Shown here one piece after another: positions 1 to 8,638 of a stretch of 60,141 nucleotides of DNA (position 1 is its first letter; each line of letters begins with the position of its first letter). The stretch covers positions 1-60,141 of IMG/VR virus record IMGVR_UViG_3300043579_000337. One strand, written 5' to 3'. The notes under the pieces are model-generated. The model made no database searches. It was not told the origin of the DNA and saw nothing but the letters and a program-made list of their open reading frames with translations. The DNA comes from a virus. Taxonomy: Duplodnaviria; Caudoviricetes. The position numbers were made by a program, and so were the translations under genes.

Positions 1-292
1 CGCCTACGCCGCCGCCGCCGCCGCCGCCGCCTCCGCCGGCTCCGCCGCCGCCCCCGCCACCGCCGCCGCCGCCGCCACCGCCACCGCCGCCGCCGGCTCC
101 GCCACCGCCACCGCCTACGCCGGCTCCGCCGCCGCCTACGCCGGCTCCGCCGCCGCCACCGCCGGCTCCGCCGCCGCCGCCGCCGGCTCCGCCGCCGCCG
201 CCGCCTACGCCGGCTCCGCCGCCGCCTCCGCCGGCTCCGCCGCCGCCACCGCCGGCTCCGCCGCCGCCGCCTCCGCCACCGCCACCGCCGCC
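1..292 (+). repeat. GCC-based coding minisatellite, ~21-bp unit encoding AGSAAAx
   Basis: Recurrent gccggctccgccgccgccNNC; every codon ends in C. Confidence 0.9.
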
Positions 293-397
293 GATGAATT
301 TTTGGTGCTAGGGGCCAACATTGCGCTGGAAGTGCTAATCGAGCTGAAATCGCCCGGCTGCGAGTTTTTGGACCTCTGCGAGGTGACCGGTGAATAA
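2..397 (+). CDS. Ala-rich repeat phage protein, 5'-truncated (not in ORF track)
   Basis: Frame 2 is open from the window edge: AYAAAAAAASAGSAAAP...AAADEFLVLGANIALEVLIELKSPGCEFLDLCEVTGE*, with TAA at 395-397 overlapping the next gene. Same strand as the downstream operon. Confidence 0.75.
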   Translation, partial: AYAAAAAAAASAGSAAAPATAAAAATATAAAGSATATAYAGSAAAYAGSAAATAGSAAAAAGSAAAAAYAGSAAASAGSAAATAGSAAAASATATAADEFLVLGANIALEVLIELKSPGCEFLDLCEVTGE

Positions 398-962
398 TTG
401 GAAAATTGCCGAACCACTATCCCTCGACGGAATGCCGGTCGAAGTGGCTACCGAAATGTTAGCATCGCCGCGCGCCAAACTAACATCGCGCCAGCGCAAG
501 ACGTGTATGGCCGCGCGGCAACGCGTTTTCGAGACCGAAAATGGTGCGCCTATTACGCGCCGCGTGCTGAACCATACCGAGCCAATTTTCGTAACCCGGC
601 GCGCCACCCGGCATTTTCTTAGGCATGCGAAGACTTTAAAAACCGGTTTGTTTTTCGACGCGGATTTTTCACCCGCGCTTCCCGAAGCCAAGCTCGACCG
701 GAAGTTCAGCACACTGCTCATCGCGAAACTGGCCACGCTCCGTCGGCGCGCAATACGCAACCGTGCTCGGGTGCAATACGCATACGCCAAGCTGGCCGGC
801 GATGAATCGAAGCAAGCCATCAAACTTCGCCGAGCGCTAGATATCGCTGCTGCACATCACGAACTTATCCAGGATTGCGCCAATACTGCCATCACGGTCC
901 GGCTGAGCCGCGCCACCTCGGGTGGACCCAAGCCGCATTATTTTGTGCCGGAACGGAAGTAG
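390..962 (+). CDS. hypothetical protein
   Basis: 190-aa ORF overlapping the upstream stop; no recognisable motif. Confidence 0.65.
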   Translation: MNNWKIAEPLSLDGMPVEVATEMLASPRAKLTSRQRKTCMAARQRVFETENGAPITRRVLNHTEPIFVTRRATRHFLRHAKTLKTGLFFDADFSPALPEAKLDRKFSTLLIAKLATLRRRAIRNRARVQYAYAKLAGDESKQAIKLRRALDIAAAHHELIQDCANTAITVRLSRATSGGPKPHYFVPERK

Positions 963-989
963 CATGAAACGACGAGGCATTCATTCCGC

Positions 990-1202
990 GTGCTGACTGA
1001 TATCCCAATTTTCATGGACGGGTCGCCTGACGGCTCGATGTGGGAACTGGACAAACACATCCAGTGGCGCGCGCTGCTGGCGGGCGAAATACACCCCGGC
1101 AGCCGATTCATCCGAGTTTCCGATGTGCTATCCCTTCTGAGGGATAGTGAAGTAATACCCCATTTGAGGGATAATTTATGCCAGCCAAAAAGCCAAGAAT
1201 AA
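990..1202 (+). CDS. hypothetical protein
   Basis: 70-aa ORF filling a gap in the operon. Confidence 0.45.
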   Translation: MLTDIPIFMDGSPDGSMWELDKHIQWRALLAGEIHPGSRFIRVSDVLSLLRDSEVIPHLRDNLCQPKSQE

Positions 1203-1462
1203 GTAACACCAGAGACCTGGGGCTTTCGGGCGCCGGAAAAGGTGACGCGCCGCGGACCGTTTTCGATGCGGAATGGCGCGCGCGATACGATTCGATTAAC
1301 TGGCGACCAACATGCCGGAATTGTGGCGGAAGGGGGAAGCAACCGGCGACGGGTCTGGGTTGGTGTAACACCCCGCCTGAATGCTCCTGGTGTTTCGGCA
1401 CTGGAAAAAATTTCGCTGGGTTTGAACGCGATGGCAACAAACTGGTCAAACGTTACAAATGA
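1178..1462 (+). CDS. small Zn-finger protein (two CxxCxGxG motifs)
   Basis: CRNCGGRG and CSWCFGTG, DnaJ-type Zn motifs; ATGA coupling to the next gene. Confidence 0.65.
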   Translation: MPAKKPRISNTRDLGLSGAGKGDAPRTVFDAEWRARYDSINWRPTCRNCGGRGKQPATGLGWCNTPPECSWCFGTGKNFAGFERDGNKLVKRYK

Positions 1463-1797
1463 AAACCCTTGTTGATTTTTCAGCCACGGTGGGAAAAACC
1501 GTTCACGCGGTATCACATACCGCATGGCCCCGTGGCATCGTCGTTTCATTTACCAACGACACTTTCACTGTCATCGCGGCAGAAATTAATGACTACGAAG
1601 ATTATGCGGAATTACGAGAAGGCACCGCCGCCGATTTTGAAGTGCTGAACGGCAACCGCGACGAACTGGTTCGACTCGGCGTCGTAACTGCCCAAGAATG
1701 GGACCGGATGAAAGATGCCCGGGAACAATCTCGCCGTGCGGCAGAAGAAGCACAAGACCGTCGAATACTAGCGCGCCTACAAGCAAAATACCAATGA
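1459..1797 (+). CDS. hypothetical protein
   Basis: 112 aa; ATGA overlaps at both ends; charged helical C-terminus. Confidence 0.75.
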   Translation: MKTLVDFSATVGKTVHAVSHTAWPRGIVVSFTNDTFTVIAAEINDYEDYAELREGTAADFEVLNGNRDELVRLGVVTAQEWDRMKDAREQSRRAAEEAQDRRILARLQAKYQ

Positions 1798-2069
1798 AAA
1801 ACTCAAATCCACTTGTCCTCATTCGCGACCGCGAGACCGGTCTGTTCATGCAGCGTAACATCGTCACCCTAGCCGTGAATTGGGTAGACCAGAGCCATGC
1901 CGAGCGGCTCACTGCCAACACTGCGCATCGCGAGCTGGAATATCTGGCAGCCACCAAGCATTGTTGTCACATCGTGCCGGCCGACTGGCACCCGAACCAC
2001 GAGGCCGATTCACTCGTGACGCGCGTGCGGAATTTCTTCCTGGCGATTTACCACTTTTTCAAACACTAA
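1794..2069 (+). CDS. hypothetical protein
   Basis: Start moved to the ATG overlapping the upstream stop (MKNSNPL...). Confidence 0.65.
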   Translation: MKNSNPLVLIRDRETGLFMQRNIVTLAVNWVDQSHAERLTANTAHRELEYLAATKHCCHIVPADWHPNHEADSLVTRVRNFFLAIYHFFKH

Positions 2070-2070
2070 T

Positions 2071-2673
2071 ATGAGCGAACGTATTATCTCCCTCCAATCT
2101 GAAAACATCAAACGACTCCGTGCGGTGCATATCACGCCGAACGGGCAGTCTGTCGAAATCGCAGGCGCCAACGGGGCCGGCAAGTCATCCGTCCTCGACT
2201 CCATTTGGTATGCCCTGGCTGGCCGCTCAGTGTTGCCGGACCGGCCGATTCGCGATGGCGAGTCGAGGGCCGAAGTGACTGTGGAACTCAGCAACTACAC
2301 CGTTACTGGCACAATGGCGGAGATTGACGAGAGCAAAGCCAAAGCACTCGCGACTGCAAAGTTCCCGCTGCCCGGACTGAGTTTTTCGGCATCTGGCGGA
2401 GTGTGTTACAACGGAATTCCGTTCAGTCAGATTTCCACCGCGGAACAAATGCGAATCTCGGCTGCGATTGGGCTGGCACTCAATCCTGGGCTCCGCGTAA
2501 TGTTTATCCGTAACGGCAGTCTTATCGACTCCGCCGGCATGGAAACTCTGAAGTCGCTCGCAGAGTCACACAACGCGCAGCTTTGGGTGGAGCGTGTTGG
2601 CGCACTCTCGGGCGAGCTGCCGGGCGTAGTTATTGAAGATGGCGCGGTAACGCAGTCGACTATCAATGGATAA
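2071..2673 (+). CDS. SMC/SbcC-like ABC ATPase head lacking the coiled coil
   Basis: N-terminal ENIKRL...GANGAGKSS Walker A; C-terminal signature-like FSQISTAEQ and Walker B-like VMFIRNGSLID; only 200 aa. Confidence 0.8.
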   Translation: MSERIISLQSENIKRLRAVHITPNGQSVEIAGANGAGKSSVLDSIWYALAGRSVLPDRPIRDGESRAEVTVELSNYTVTGTMAEIDESKAKALATAKFPLPGLSFSASGGVCYNGIPFSQISTAEQMRISAAIGLALNPGLRVMFIRNGSLIDSAGMETLKSLAESHNAQLWVERVGALSGELPGVVIEDGAVTQSTING

Positions 2674-2851
2674 GTTCGAACCGGAATGTCCGAAGTGCAA
2701 CAAAACCGATTATGAAATATTATACCAATGCAGCCCGGATGTTTGCGACCGGTTACACCAGGATTGCCGCTGTAACCATTGCGGTCGTCGATACATTGTT
2801 TTTCCGCCGACGGCTCAAGCGGCAGCTTCGGATTATGACCGCCCGGTATAA
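2666..2851 (+). CDS. small Zn-ribbon protein
   Basis: CPKC...CNHCG; start overlaps the upstream stop. Confidence 0.55.
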   Translation: MDKFEPECPKCNKTDYEILYQCSPDVCDRLHQDCRCNHCGRRYIVFPPTAQAAASDYDRPV

Positions 2852-3284
2852 CGCGGCGTATGAGTCGATGGAATCCGCCGAAATTGCGCGCGAAAAGGAC
2901 GAAATGTCGGCCCGCGCGCAACTGCTTGCGCTGCGCGTCAATCCGGAAACCGTTCGCGGTCGCACCGGATTTATGATATCGGTCTTCGTGCCGTCCGACG
3001 CGCTGACCCGGCTGCAAAAATCCCCCGATGCTGCCAAGATAGCGTTTCGCGACCGTATCGTTTCTGTCCTGGTGGAGCACGCGCTGCAGGGGTTATTCCG
3101 TGTAACGTCGCACGGCACTATGCACGCCATCATTTTCGAACCGCTCGGCTCGAAATCGAACAAACGGATTGCCAGTGGAGTTTTCGAGACCAAAGACGGA
3201 AAACACAAAGTTGTGCATCCGCCGGCGAATTCGCTCGACGTGCGGATGATTCAGGACGCACAGAGCCGAGGAGAGACACAGTAA
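2712..3284 (+). CDS. hypothetical protein (start may be 2835)
   Basis: 190-aa ORF; TAATG coupling to the next gene. Confidence 0.65.
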   Translation: MKYYTNAARMFATGYTRIAAVTIAVVDTLFFRRRLKRQLRIMTARYNAAYESMESAEIAREKDEMSARAQLLALRVNPETVRGRTGFMISVFVPSDALTRLQKSPDAAKIAFRDRIVSVLVEHALQGLFRVTSHGTMHAIIFEPLGSKSNKRIASGVFETKDGKHKVVHPPANSLDVRMIQDAQSRGETQ

Positions 3285-3367
3285 TGGACCGTGATGACAA
3301 CAACTTCCTGATTGGGGTCGGTCTGGTTCTCATTGTGCTGTGGGTTATTTTTCGCGCCTGCTATTGA
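3284..3367 (+). CDS. 27-aa single-TM membrane peptide (not in ORF track)
   Basis: MDRDDNNFLIGVGLVLIVLWVIFRACY*; TAATG overlap and GAGGAG upstream. Confidence 0.6.
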   Translation: MDRDDNNFLIGVGLVLIVLWVIFRACY

Positions 3368-3369
3368 CA

Positions 3370-3504
3370 ATGAAGACGGTGTTCGGTATTCTTAGCGTAG
3401 TTATCCAAGTCATTGGATTTACCCTGGCGTCGATAGCCGCGTGGGGATTCGTATTCGGGATAGTAGCGACTATCAATCTGTTTAAACAAAATAAAAAACA
3501 ATGA
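3370..3504 (+). CDS. 44-aa membrane peptide (not in ORF track)
   Basis: MKTVFGILSVVIQVIGFTLASIAAWGFVFGIVATINLFKQNKKQ*; ATGA overlap with the next gene. Confidence 0.6.
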   Translation: MKTVFGILSVVIQVIGFTLASIAAWGFVFGIVATINLFKQNKKQ

Positions 3505-3698
3505 AAAAACTATTCTCTGCTGAAAAAGGTGATAGCATCCCCGACCCGTATGGTCAGTGTAGCGCTGGCGTGGAGCTGTTAGCTAGAACGATGGCTGGAA
3601 TTTCATTTCGGCATCCGAAACGTGGCCTTTGTGGGATGCGGTTTGATTCCATGACTACAGAGGAAAAATCACGACTAGAAACTGTTATGGAAATATGA
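3501..3698 (+). CDS. hypothetical protein
   Basis: 65 aa; ATGA overlaps on both sides. Confidence 0.6.
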   Translation: MKKLFSAEKGDSIPDPYGQCSAGVELLARTMAGISFRHPKRGLCGMRFDSMTTEEKSRLETVMEI

Positions 3699-3970
3699 AA
3701 ATAGTAATTAATACCTGTTATGGGGGTTTCTCGATTTCCGAGCGTGCTATGGCACGGCTTGCCGAACTTCAGGGCAGTCCCTGTTTAACTCCATATCCGG
3801 AAGACCGAGCAAACCCGTTGTTAGTGCAAGTAGTCGAAGAGTTGGGCGAACTGGCGAGTGGGGCACTTGCCGAATTGAAAATCGTTGAAGTCCCGGATGA
3901 CACTGTTTGGGAAATCGAAGAATACGACGGCAAAGAATGGGTAGCGGAACATCATCAAACTTGGGGCTAG
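3695..3970 (+). CDS. conserved phage hypothetical protein
   Basis: KIVINxCYGGFS...LVQVVEELG...LKIVEVPD...IEEYDGxEWVAE, a pattern I recognise from diverse phages. Confidence 0.8.
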   Translation: MKIVINTCYGGFSISERAMARLAELQGSPCLTPYPEDRANPLLVQVVEELGELASGALAELKIVEVPDDTVWEIEEYDGKEWVAEHHQTWG

Positions 3971-3971
3971 T

Positions 3972-4157
3972 ATGAAAATCATACTCGACGATTCGCCAGC
4001 TCGGCTAGAAATAGAGTCGCCACACGGCGAAATCATCATCGACGTTTGGCCGGGCCAGCACACCAAAATCATGGTGGCGCCGAACGAAAACCATTCTGAT
4101 TACTGTGCTCGCGGCGAGCGCGAAACCGTCATCACTTTGAAGCCACGAGAATCCTAA
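3972..4157 (+). CDS. hypothetical protein
   Basis: 61 aa; starts 1 nt after the upstream stop. Confidence 0.6.
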   Translation: MKIILDDSPARLEIESPHGEIIIDVWPGQHTKIMVAPNENHSDYCARGERETVITLKPRES

Positions 4158-4161
4158 TTTT

Positions 4162-4377
4162 GTGGCACTAATAAATAGTGACGAACATACTGACTGGGTT
4201 GCGGCGTATTGGGAACTGGCTGAAACCGAACAGCCGTCCGAAGCAATTCAAGTTAAAAAATCATACCTCACCGATTATGAACGAACTGCAAAACTCAACT
4301 TTAAAACGCCCCATGGACAAAGCAAATATGGGGGCCGACGTAGGCGCCCTCAACGGGTTACTCAGCATGATAAATAA
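4162..4377 (+). CDS. hypothetical protein (alternative to a long N-terminus of the kinase)
   Basis: 71-aa ORF whose end overlaps ATG 4367. Confidence 0.35.
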   Translation: MALINSDEHTDWVAAYWELAETEQPSEAIQVKKSYLTDYERTAKLNFKTPHGQSKYGGRRRRPQRVTQHDK

Positions 4378-5281
4378 CCCCAACATCACTGGCGCCCAGG
4401 TGCCCAAGCCAGGAGAAGAGGGCAGCGATGAAGCGGGCAAAGGCGAAACTCCGTTGCCCGTCGACCCCGCTATCGCCGCCAGCCGGCCCCGAGCTACTCC
4501 GGCGGCGCCGGCGCCGCGCAAAGCGATTACCGCCGGCAAGTTTGCGTTTACCGGTCGGCTCAAGGCTGGCAAGGATTACGTGGCTGCCGCGCTCGACGCC
4601 AAGATTTTCGGCTTCGCTGACCCGCTCTACGTGCTGCTTGACCATTTTTTCGGGACCGATGCCGTCAACAATCCCAAAGATAAAGACATCCCAGGTGCGC
4701 GGCAGTTTCTCCAGACTGTCGGCCAGTGGGGCTGGGGTGCGACTAATGCGAGTTATCCCCTCACGCCGGCGCGCGCGTGTTTCGTAACGATGATTCGTTC
4801 GCTCGGCGCCAACAATGTTTTCCCGGCACATCTCCAGGTGGATTGGGAAAACTTTGGCAAGGTTCGAACGCTTTGGGTTGACGCCGGGCTCCGGCGAATT
4901 GATTCTTTTCTTTCCGAGCATCCGACAAAGCGTATCGCCATCGTGAATGCCCGGTTCAAGCACGAATTCGAGCCACTGCAAGCGGCCGGGTTCGAGCACT
5001 ACCACGTGATGTGCTCTGCGAAGACATGGCAGGCGCGGCTGGCCAAAGCCGGTATCGACCCCAAATCTCCCGTGCTGACGGACCTGTCGGAGAAACTTGC
5101 GCACGTGCTCGACCAGGACGCGATTAAAAAAATCTCGGCGCAAAAAGCCGGCCCGATGCTGCGCGTCATCTGGAACGACGAAGTTACGCCGTCGCCCAGT
5201 CCGCGGTTTTACACTCTGCAGAGCTTTCTGCAGGCGGCTGCCATTTCTGAAGTTCCGGATAACTATGCCTCGGCGGAGTAA
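4367..5281 (+). CDS. deoxynucleoside monophosphate kinase-like P-loop protein (start uncertain, ORF open from 4178)
   Basis: FAFTGRLKAGKDYVA P-loop, FADPL, RQFLQTVG and NARFKHE, matching T4 gp1/T5-type dNMP kinases; Pro/Ala-rich N-terminal extension. Confidence 0.75.
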   Translation: MINNPNITGAQVPKPGEEGSDEAGKGETPLPVDPAIAASRPRATPAAPAPRKAITAGKFAFTGRLKAGKDYVAAALDAKIFGFADPLYVLLDHFFGTDAVNNPKDKDIPGARQFLQTVGQWGWGATNASYPLTPARACFVTMIRSLGANNVFPAHLQVDWENFGKVRTLWVDAGLRRIDSFLSEHPTKRIAIVNARFKHEFEPLQAAGFEHYHVMCSAKTWQARLAKAGIDPKSPVLTDLSEKLAHVLDQDAIKKISAQKAGPMLRVIWNDEVTPSPSPRFYTLQSFLQAAAISEVPDNYASAE

Positions 5282-5302
5282 CCGGGGGCGACCAAACCCA
5301 CA

Positions 5303-5488
5303 ATGGAAAACCGCGCCTTACGAAATCGCGTTTCGTCTCGCGAGGACCATTCACGTCGGACCGCCACCCGGTCGGATGCCGAATTTTGGCGTCACTGCCG
5401 ACGGGCGACGCGTATCGTTTCGCGCTGGCCGACCTGGAAGCAAACGGCGCTCGACGCGTGGCACAACGAAGTCCGTAAAATAGTATGA
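5303..5488 (+). CDS. hypothetical protein
   Basis: 61 aa with EFW...IVSRWPTWKQ; ATGA overlap. Confidence 0.55.
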   Translation: MENRALRNRVSSREDHSRRTATRSDAEFWRHCRRATRIVSRWPTWKQTALDAWHNEVRKIV

Positions 5489-6039
5489 ACGTCGGAACGA
5501 AATCGCTGCTATTCGGGGTGCACCAGTTTCTGTGGCACCCGTATACGGTCGCGCGCGCGTGGCGTTTTCTCCACGGTCGGTGGCCGAACTTCCCGGAGTG
5601 GGTTTGTATTTTCTGTCACGATATAAATTACTGGGGGAAGCCCAACATGGATGGTCCAGAAGGTCAATCGCATCCGGAGGGCGGCGCTAAGTTAGCGGGC
5701 AGAATACTTTATCAGTATGCTCGATGGAAGGGGCATGATGAAGATAATGCAAAGTTTTTGTCGGGTTTATACCATGACTTTACGCTTTATCATTCGAGAT
5801 TCTATGCGGCGCGCCATAACGCGAAAGTGAGTGAATTATTTTTGGCAGACAAACTCAGTATTTTGTTCGAGCCGCGCTGGTGGTATATCCTCCGGGCAAC
5901 GCTGTCCGGCGAAATCCGAGAGTATCTCGCGAATGCGCAGAAACATCTCAATCTCCCGAACCCGATGCCGAAAAAAGAATGGCACGCGTGGTATGAGCGA
6001 AAAGTTTTCTCCTGGCTAAAAAATCCACCTACCATATGA
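5485..6039 (+). CDS. HD-domain-like phosphohydrolase
   Basis: H...CHD...H...HS...ADK spacing of HD superfamily metal ligands. Confidence 0.6.
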   Translation: MNVGTKSLLFGVHQFLWHPYTVARAWRFLHGRWPNFPEWVCIFCHDINYWGKPNMDGPEGQSHPEGGAKLAGRILYQYARWKGHDEDNAKFLSGLYHDFTLYHSRFYAARHNAKVSELFLADKLSILFEPRWWYILRATLSGEIREYLANAQKHLNLPNPMPKKEWHAWYERKVFSWLKNPPTI

Positions 6040-6482
6040 GCAATCCAGACATCAACATGCACCGTAAAAAGGTTGTCTACGTCGCCGGACCATTCCGCGC
6101 ACCGACCGGTTGGGGCGTCGAATGCAATTGCAGAAAAGCAGAATCGCTCGCCCTGGAATGCTGGCGACTCGGCGTAACGGTAATTTGCCCGCACAAGAAC
6201 ACCCAATTTTTCGATGGCGCCGCGGATGACAGCATCTGGCTCGAAGGTGACCTGGAGCTGCTTCGTCGCTCCGACGCGGTGATTTTGGTCGAGGGCTGGG
6301 AGAATTCCTCCAGCTCGTGCGCGGAGGTGATTCATGCCATTGACGAGCGTATTCCTGTTTTCACTACGGTCAACGGTCTGGCGATTTGGATGTATCATGA
6401 AACGGTCACTGAAGTTCAGTCGGAAATTAAAGCCAAAGCGATTCAATCGCGCGACGCTCGTCGAGCGAAAGCTGGGGCGTGA
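6036..6482 (+). CDS. DUF4406 / nucleoside 2-deoxyribosyltransferase-like protein
   Basis: VYVAGPF...PHKN...LEGDLELLRRSDAVILVEGWENS...E. Confidence 0.75.
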   Translation: MSNPDINMHRKKVVYVAGPFRAPTGWGVECNCRKAESLALECWRLGVTVICPHKNTQFFDGAADDSIWLEGDLELLRRSDAVILVEGWENSSSSCAEVIHAIDERIPVFTTVNGLAIWMYHETVTEVQSEIKAKAIQSRDARRAKAGA

Positions 6483-6711
6483 GCGAGACCGTTCGAGCAG
6501 CCACCGATACGCTTTTGGTCAGCACCACGGTGACGGGCTAGTTGAAATCGACCCGCGGCAGCGCGAGCAGACCCGGCTCGATACGATTTGCCACGAGTTG
6601 TTGCACCACGTCGACGAGAATGATGATTGGCCGGAGAGCAAGATTAACGAAGCCGCCGGGATTTTCGCCAAGATGCTGTGGGAGGACGGCTGGCGCCGAG
6701 TAAGACTATGA
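6397..6711 (+). CDS. small zincin-like (HExxH) phage protein
   Basis: ERKLGRE...IDPRQ...LDTICHELLH; start uncertain. Confidence 0.65.
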   Translation: MKRSLKFSRKLKPKRFNRATLVERKLGRERDRSSSHRYAFGQHHGDGLVEIDPRQREQTRLDTICHELLHHVDENDDWPESKINEAAGIFAKMLWEDGWRRVRL

Positions 6712-6950
6712 GGGAATTTTATAAATTTGGCATCATGCTAGAACGACTCGAATTTGACCCGCATACTTACGTGGTCACATTCGACCCGCCGGGGGTGGCG
6801 AAAACGGCGACGGCCAAACCGGTCGTAATTTATTGGCGTGTCTTTTCTGCTCGATTACACGGTCCCCTTATGTTTACTCGACGCGCCGCATTTTTCTCAT
6901 GGTTGAAGAACTGGTTAACCGACTTCGTCAGCATCAAATTGCGCCGGTAA
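6708..6950 (+). CDS. hypothetical protein
   Basis: ATGA-coupled, 80 aa. Confidence 0.5.
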   Translation: MREFYKFGIMLERLEFDPHTYVVTFDPPGVAKTATAKPVVIYWRVFSARLHGPLMFTRRAAFFSWLKNWLTDFVSIKLRR

Positions 6951-8449
6951 ATCGGCTGGTCGATATCCTCGGTCGATATCAATCGGCTGTGGACCTCTCC
7001 GATATGGGCACCGGCAAAACGTTTGTCGCCTGTGCAGTTGCTACCGCGCTGAAGCTGCCGACACTCGTCGTCGCGCCGAAGGTCGCTATCACGGCATGGG
7101 AACGGGCAGCAGAGCACTTTGGAGAAAAATTCACCGTGATGGGATACGAACACCTGCGCACCGGCCGCACCGCCGTCGGTTGGTGGGATAACCCGCTGCC
7201 GGACGATACCAGCATTCTGGACTTCTACAAGTGTCAATGTTGTCAGCTCAAACTCGACCCCGCGAAGTTTTCCTCATGCTACGTTCACCATCTGGGCATC
7301 CACTGCATCGAACAGCACCGTAAGCCCTGGAACTACGGCAAGTTCAATTTTCATTCCGGAGTCGGTCTTGTTATATTCGATGAGGGCCACCGATGCGGGG
7401 GTATCGATTCGCTGAATGCTGACATGATGATTGCGGTTAAGCGACAGGGTATTAAAATGCTGATGCTCTCGGCAACGGCGGCGTGCAGTCCACTCAACAT
7501 GCGTGCGCTGGGATACAACCTCGACCTGCACAATGACAAAGCCGATTTTATTGTCAAGCACGACACGGGTTTTCAGTATCGTCTAAAACCTAATTTTTAC
7601 CGTTGGGCCGGTAAATACGGCTGCCGGCGCGATGCTCGGTTCCACGGGTTCAAGTGGATGCTCGGGCGGGAGTCCCAGCTCGCCGCGATGGCGCAGATTC
7701 GCGACTCGTTCCTGGCCGAACGGGGCGTGCGAGTGACGACGGACAGCATTCCGGACTTTCCAGAGTGCGAAATCTCGGCCGAACTCTACGACCTGGAAGA
7801 AGGCGGAGCCATCGACCGGCTATACGCGGAGATGGCAGACTCCCTGGCCGAACTCGCGGCGCACTCCGCCGATGATATTTGTGCCGAACACCCGCTGACT
7901 AAAATCCTGCGCGCGCGCCAGAAGGTCGAGCTGCTGAAGGTGCCGATTGCCGTGGAACTGGCCCGAGACGCAATCGACAAAGGCTACTCAGTCGGGATTT
8001 TCGTTAACTTCGCCGCTACCCTGGCCGAGCTACGGAGTCGGTTGAAATGCGATTGTTTCATCGACGGCAGCCGCGCCGGGGTGCGGCATCGCCAAAAACA
8101 CATCGACGATTTCAACGCAAACACAGAGCGGTGCATCCTTATCAACAGCGAAGCGGGCGGCGCGGCCGTCAGTCTGCCGGATACGTCCGGAGACCATCCC
8201 CGGCTCGGGCTAGTGTTCCCCGGTTTTTCGGCTACTACTTTTCGCCAGATAACCGGCCGGTTTCGCCGCGAGAACAGCCGCTCGCGTTCGCACTACCGTG
8301 TGATTTTCGCAGCCGGGACGGTGGAAGTGAAATCGCACCGCAGCTTGCGTGCCAAGCTCGACAATTTGGACCAATTAAATAATGATGATATGGTGCCAGA
8401 AAACCTGCACCTATTGAATAGTAGCATCGGTTCGATTCTACGGAATTAA
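6899..8449 (+). CDS. superfamily 2 (SNF2-like) DNA helicase
   Basis: Q motif LRQHQ, Walker A SDMGTGKT, DEGH, SAT, motif VI QITGRFRR; Cys/His-rich insertion CQCCQ...CYVHH...HC. Confidence 0.9.
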   Translation: MVEELVNRLRQHQIAPVNRLVDILGRYQSAVDLSDMGTGKTFVACAVATALKLPTLVVAPKVAITAWERAAEHFGEKFTVMGYEHLRTGRTAVGWWDNPLPDDTSILDFYKCQCCQLKLDPAKFSSCYVHHLGIHCIEQHRKPWNYGKFNFHSGVGLVIFDEGHRCGGIDSLNADMMIAVKRQGIKMLMLSATAACSPLNMRALGYNLDLHNDKADFIVKHDTGFQYRLKPNFYRWAGKYGCRRDARFHGFKWMLGRESQLAAMAQIRDSFLAERGVRVTTDSIPDFPECEISAELYDLEEGGAIDRLYAEMADSLAELAAHSADDICAEHPLTKILRARQKVELLKVPIAVELARDAIDKGYSVGIFVNFAATLAELRSRLKCDCFIDGSRAGVRHRQKHIDDFNANTERCILINSEAGGAAVSLPDTSGDHPRLGLVFPGFSATTFRQITGRFRRENSRSRSHYRVIFAAGTVEVKSHRSLRAKLDNLDQLNNDDMVPENLHLLNSSIGSILRN

Positions 8450-8454
8450 AAAAT

Positions 8455-8637
8455 ATGCCTGTAAAAATCACCAAACGGCCCGGAAAGAAATGTTACCGGG
8501 TATCCACTCCTCACGGCACGAAGTCCAAGTGCACCACCAAGAAAAAAGCTGAGCGGCAGCGCCGGCTTATTAACGCAGTCGAGCATGGATTCACGCCGAA
8601 TCGCGACGCACTTCGCAAGCGCGTAATGGGGAGTTGA
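8455..8637 (+). CDS. small basic conserved viral protein
   Basis: MPVKITK...CYRV...KCTTKKKAERQRRLINAVEHG. Confidence 0.7.
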   Translation: MPVKITKRPGKKCYRVSTPHGTKSKCTTKKKAERQRRLINAVEHGFTPNRDALRKRVMGS

Positions 8638-8638
8638 T

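Noticed and set aside
1-292. CRISPR array, or the minus-strand ORF 205-417 as the gene
   Set aside because: No repeat-spacer structure; the + frame gives a coherent protein collinear with the operon.
5485-6039. Z-genome (DatZ/PurZ) system
   Set aside because: HD protein present but no PurZ or MazZ homologue visible.
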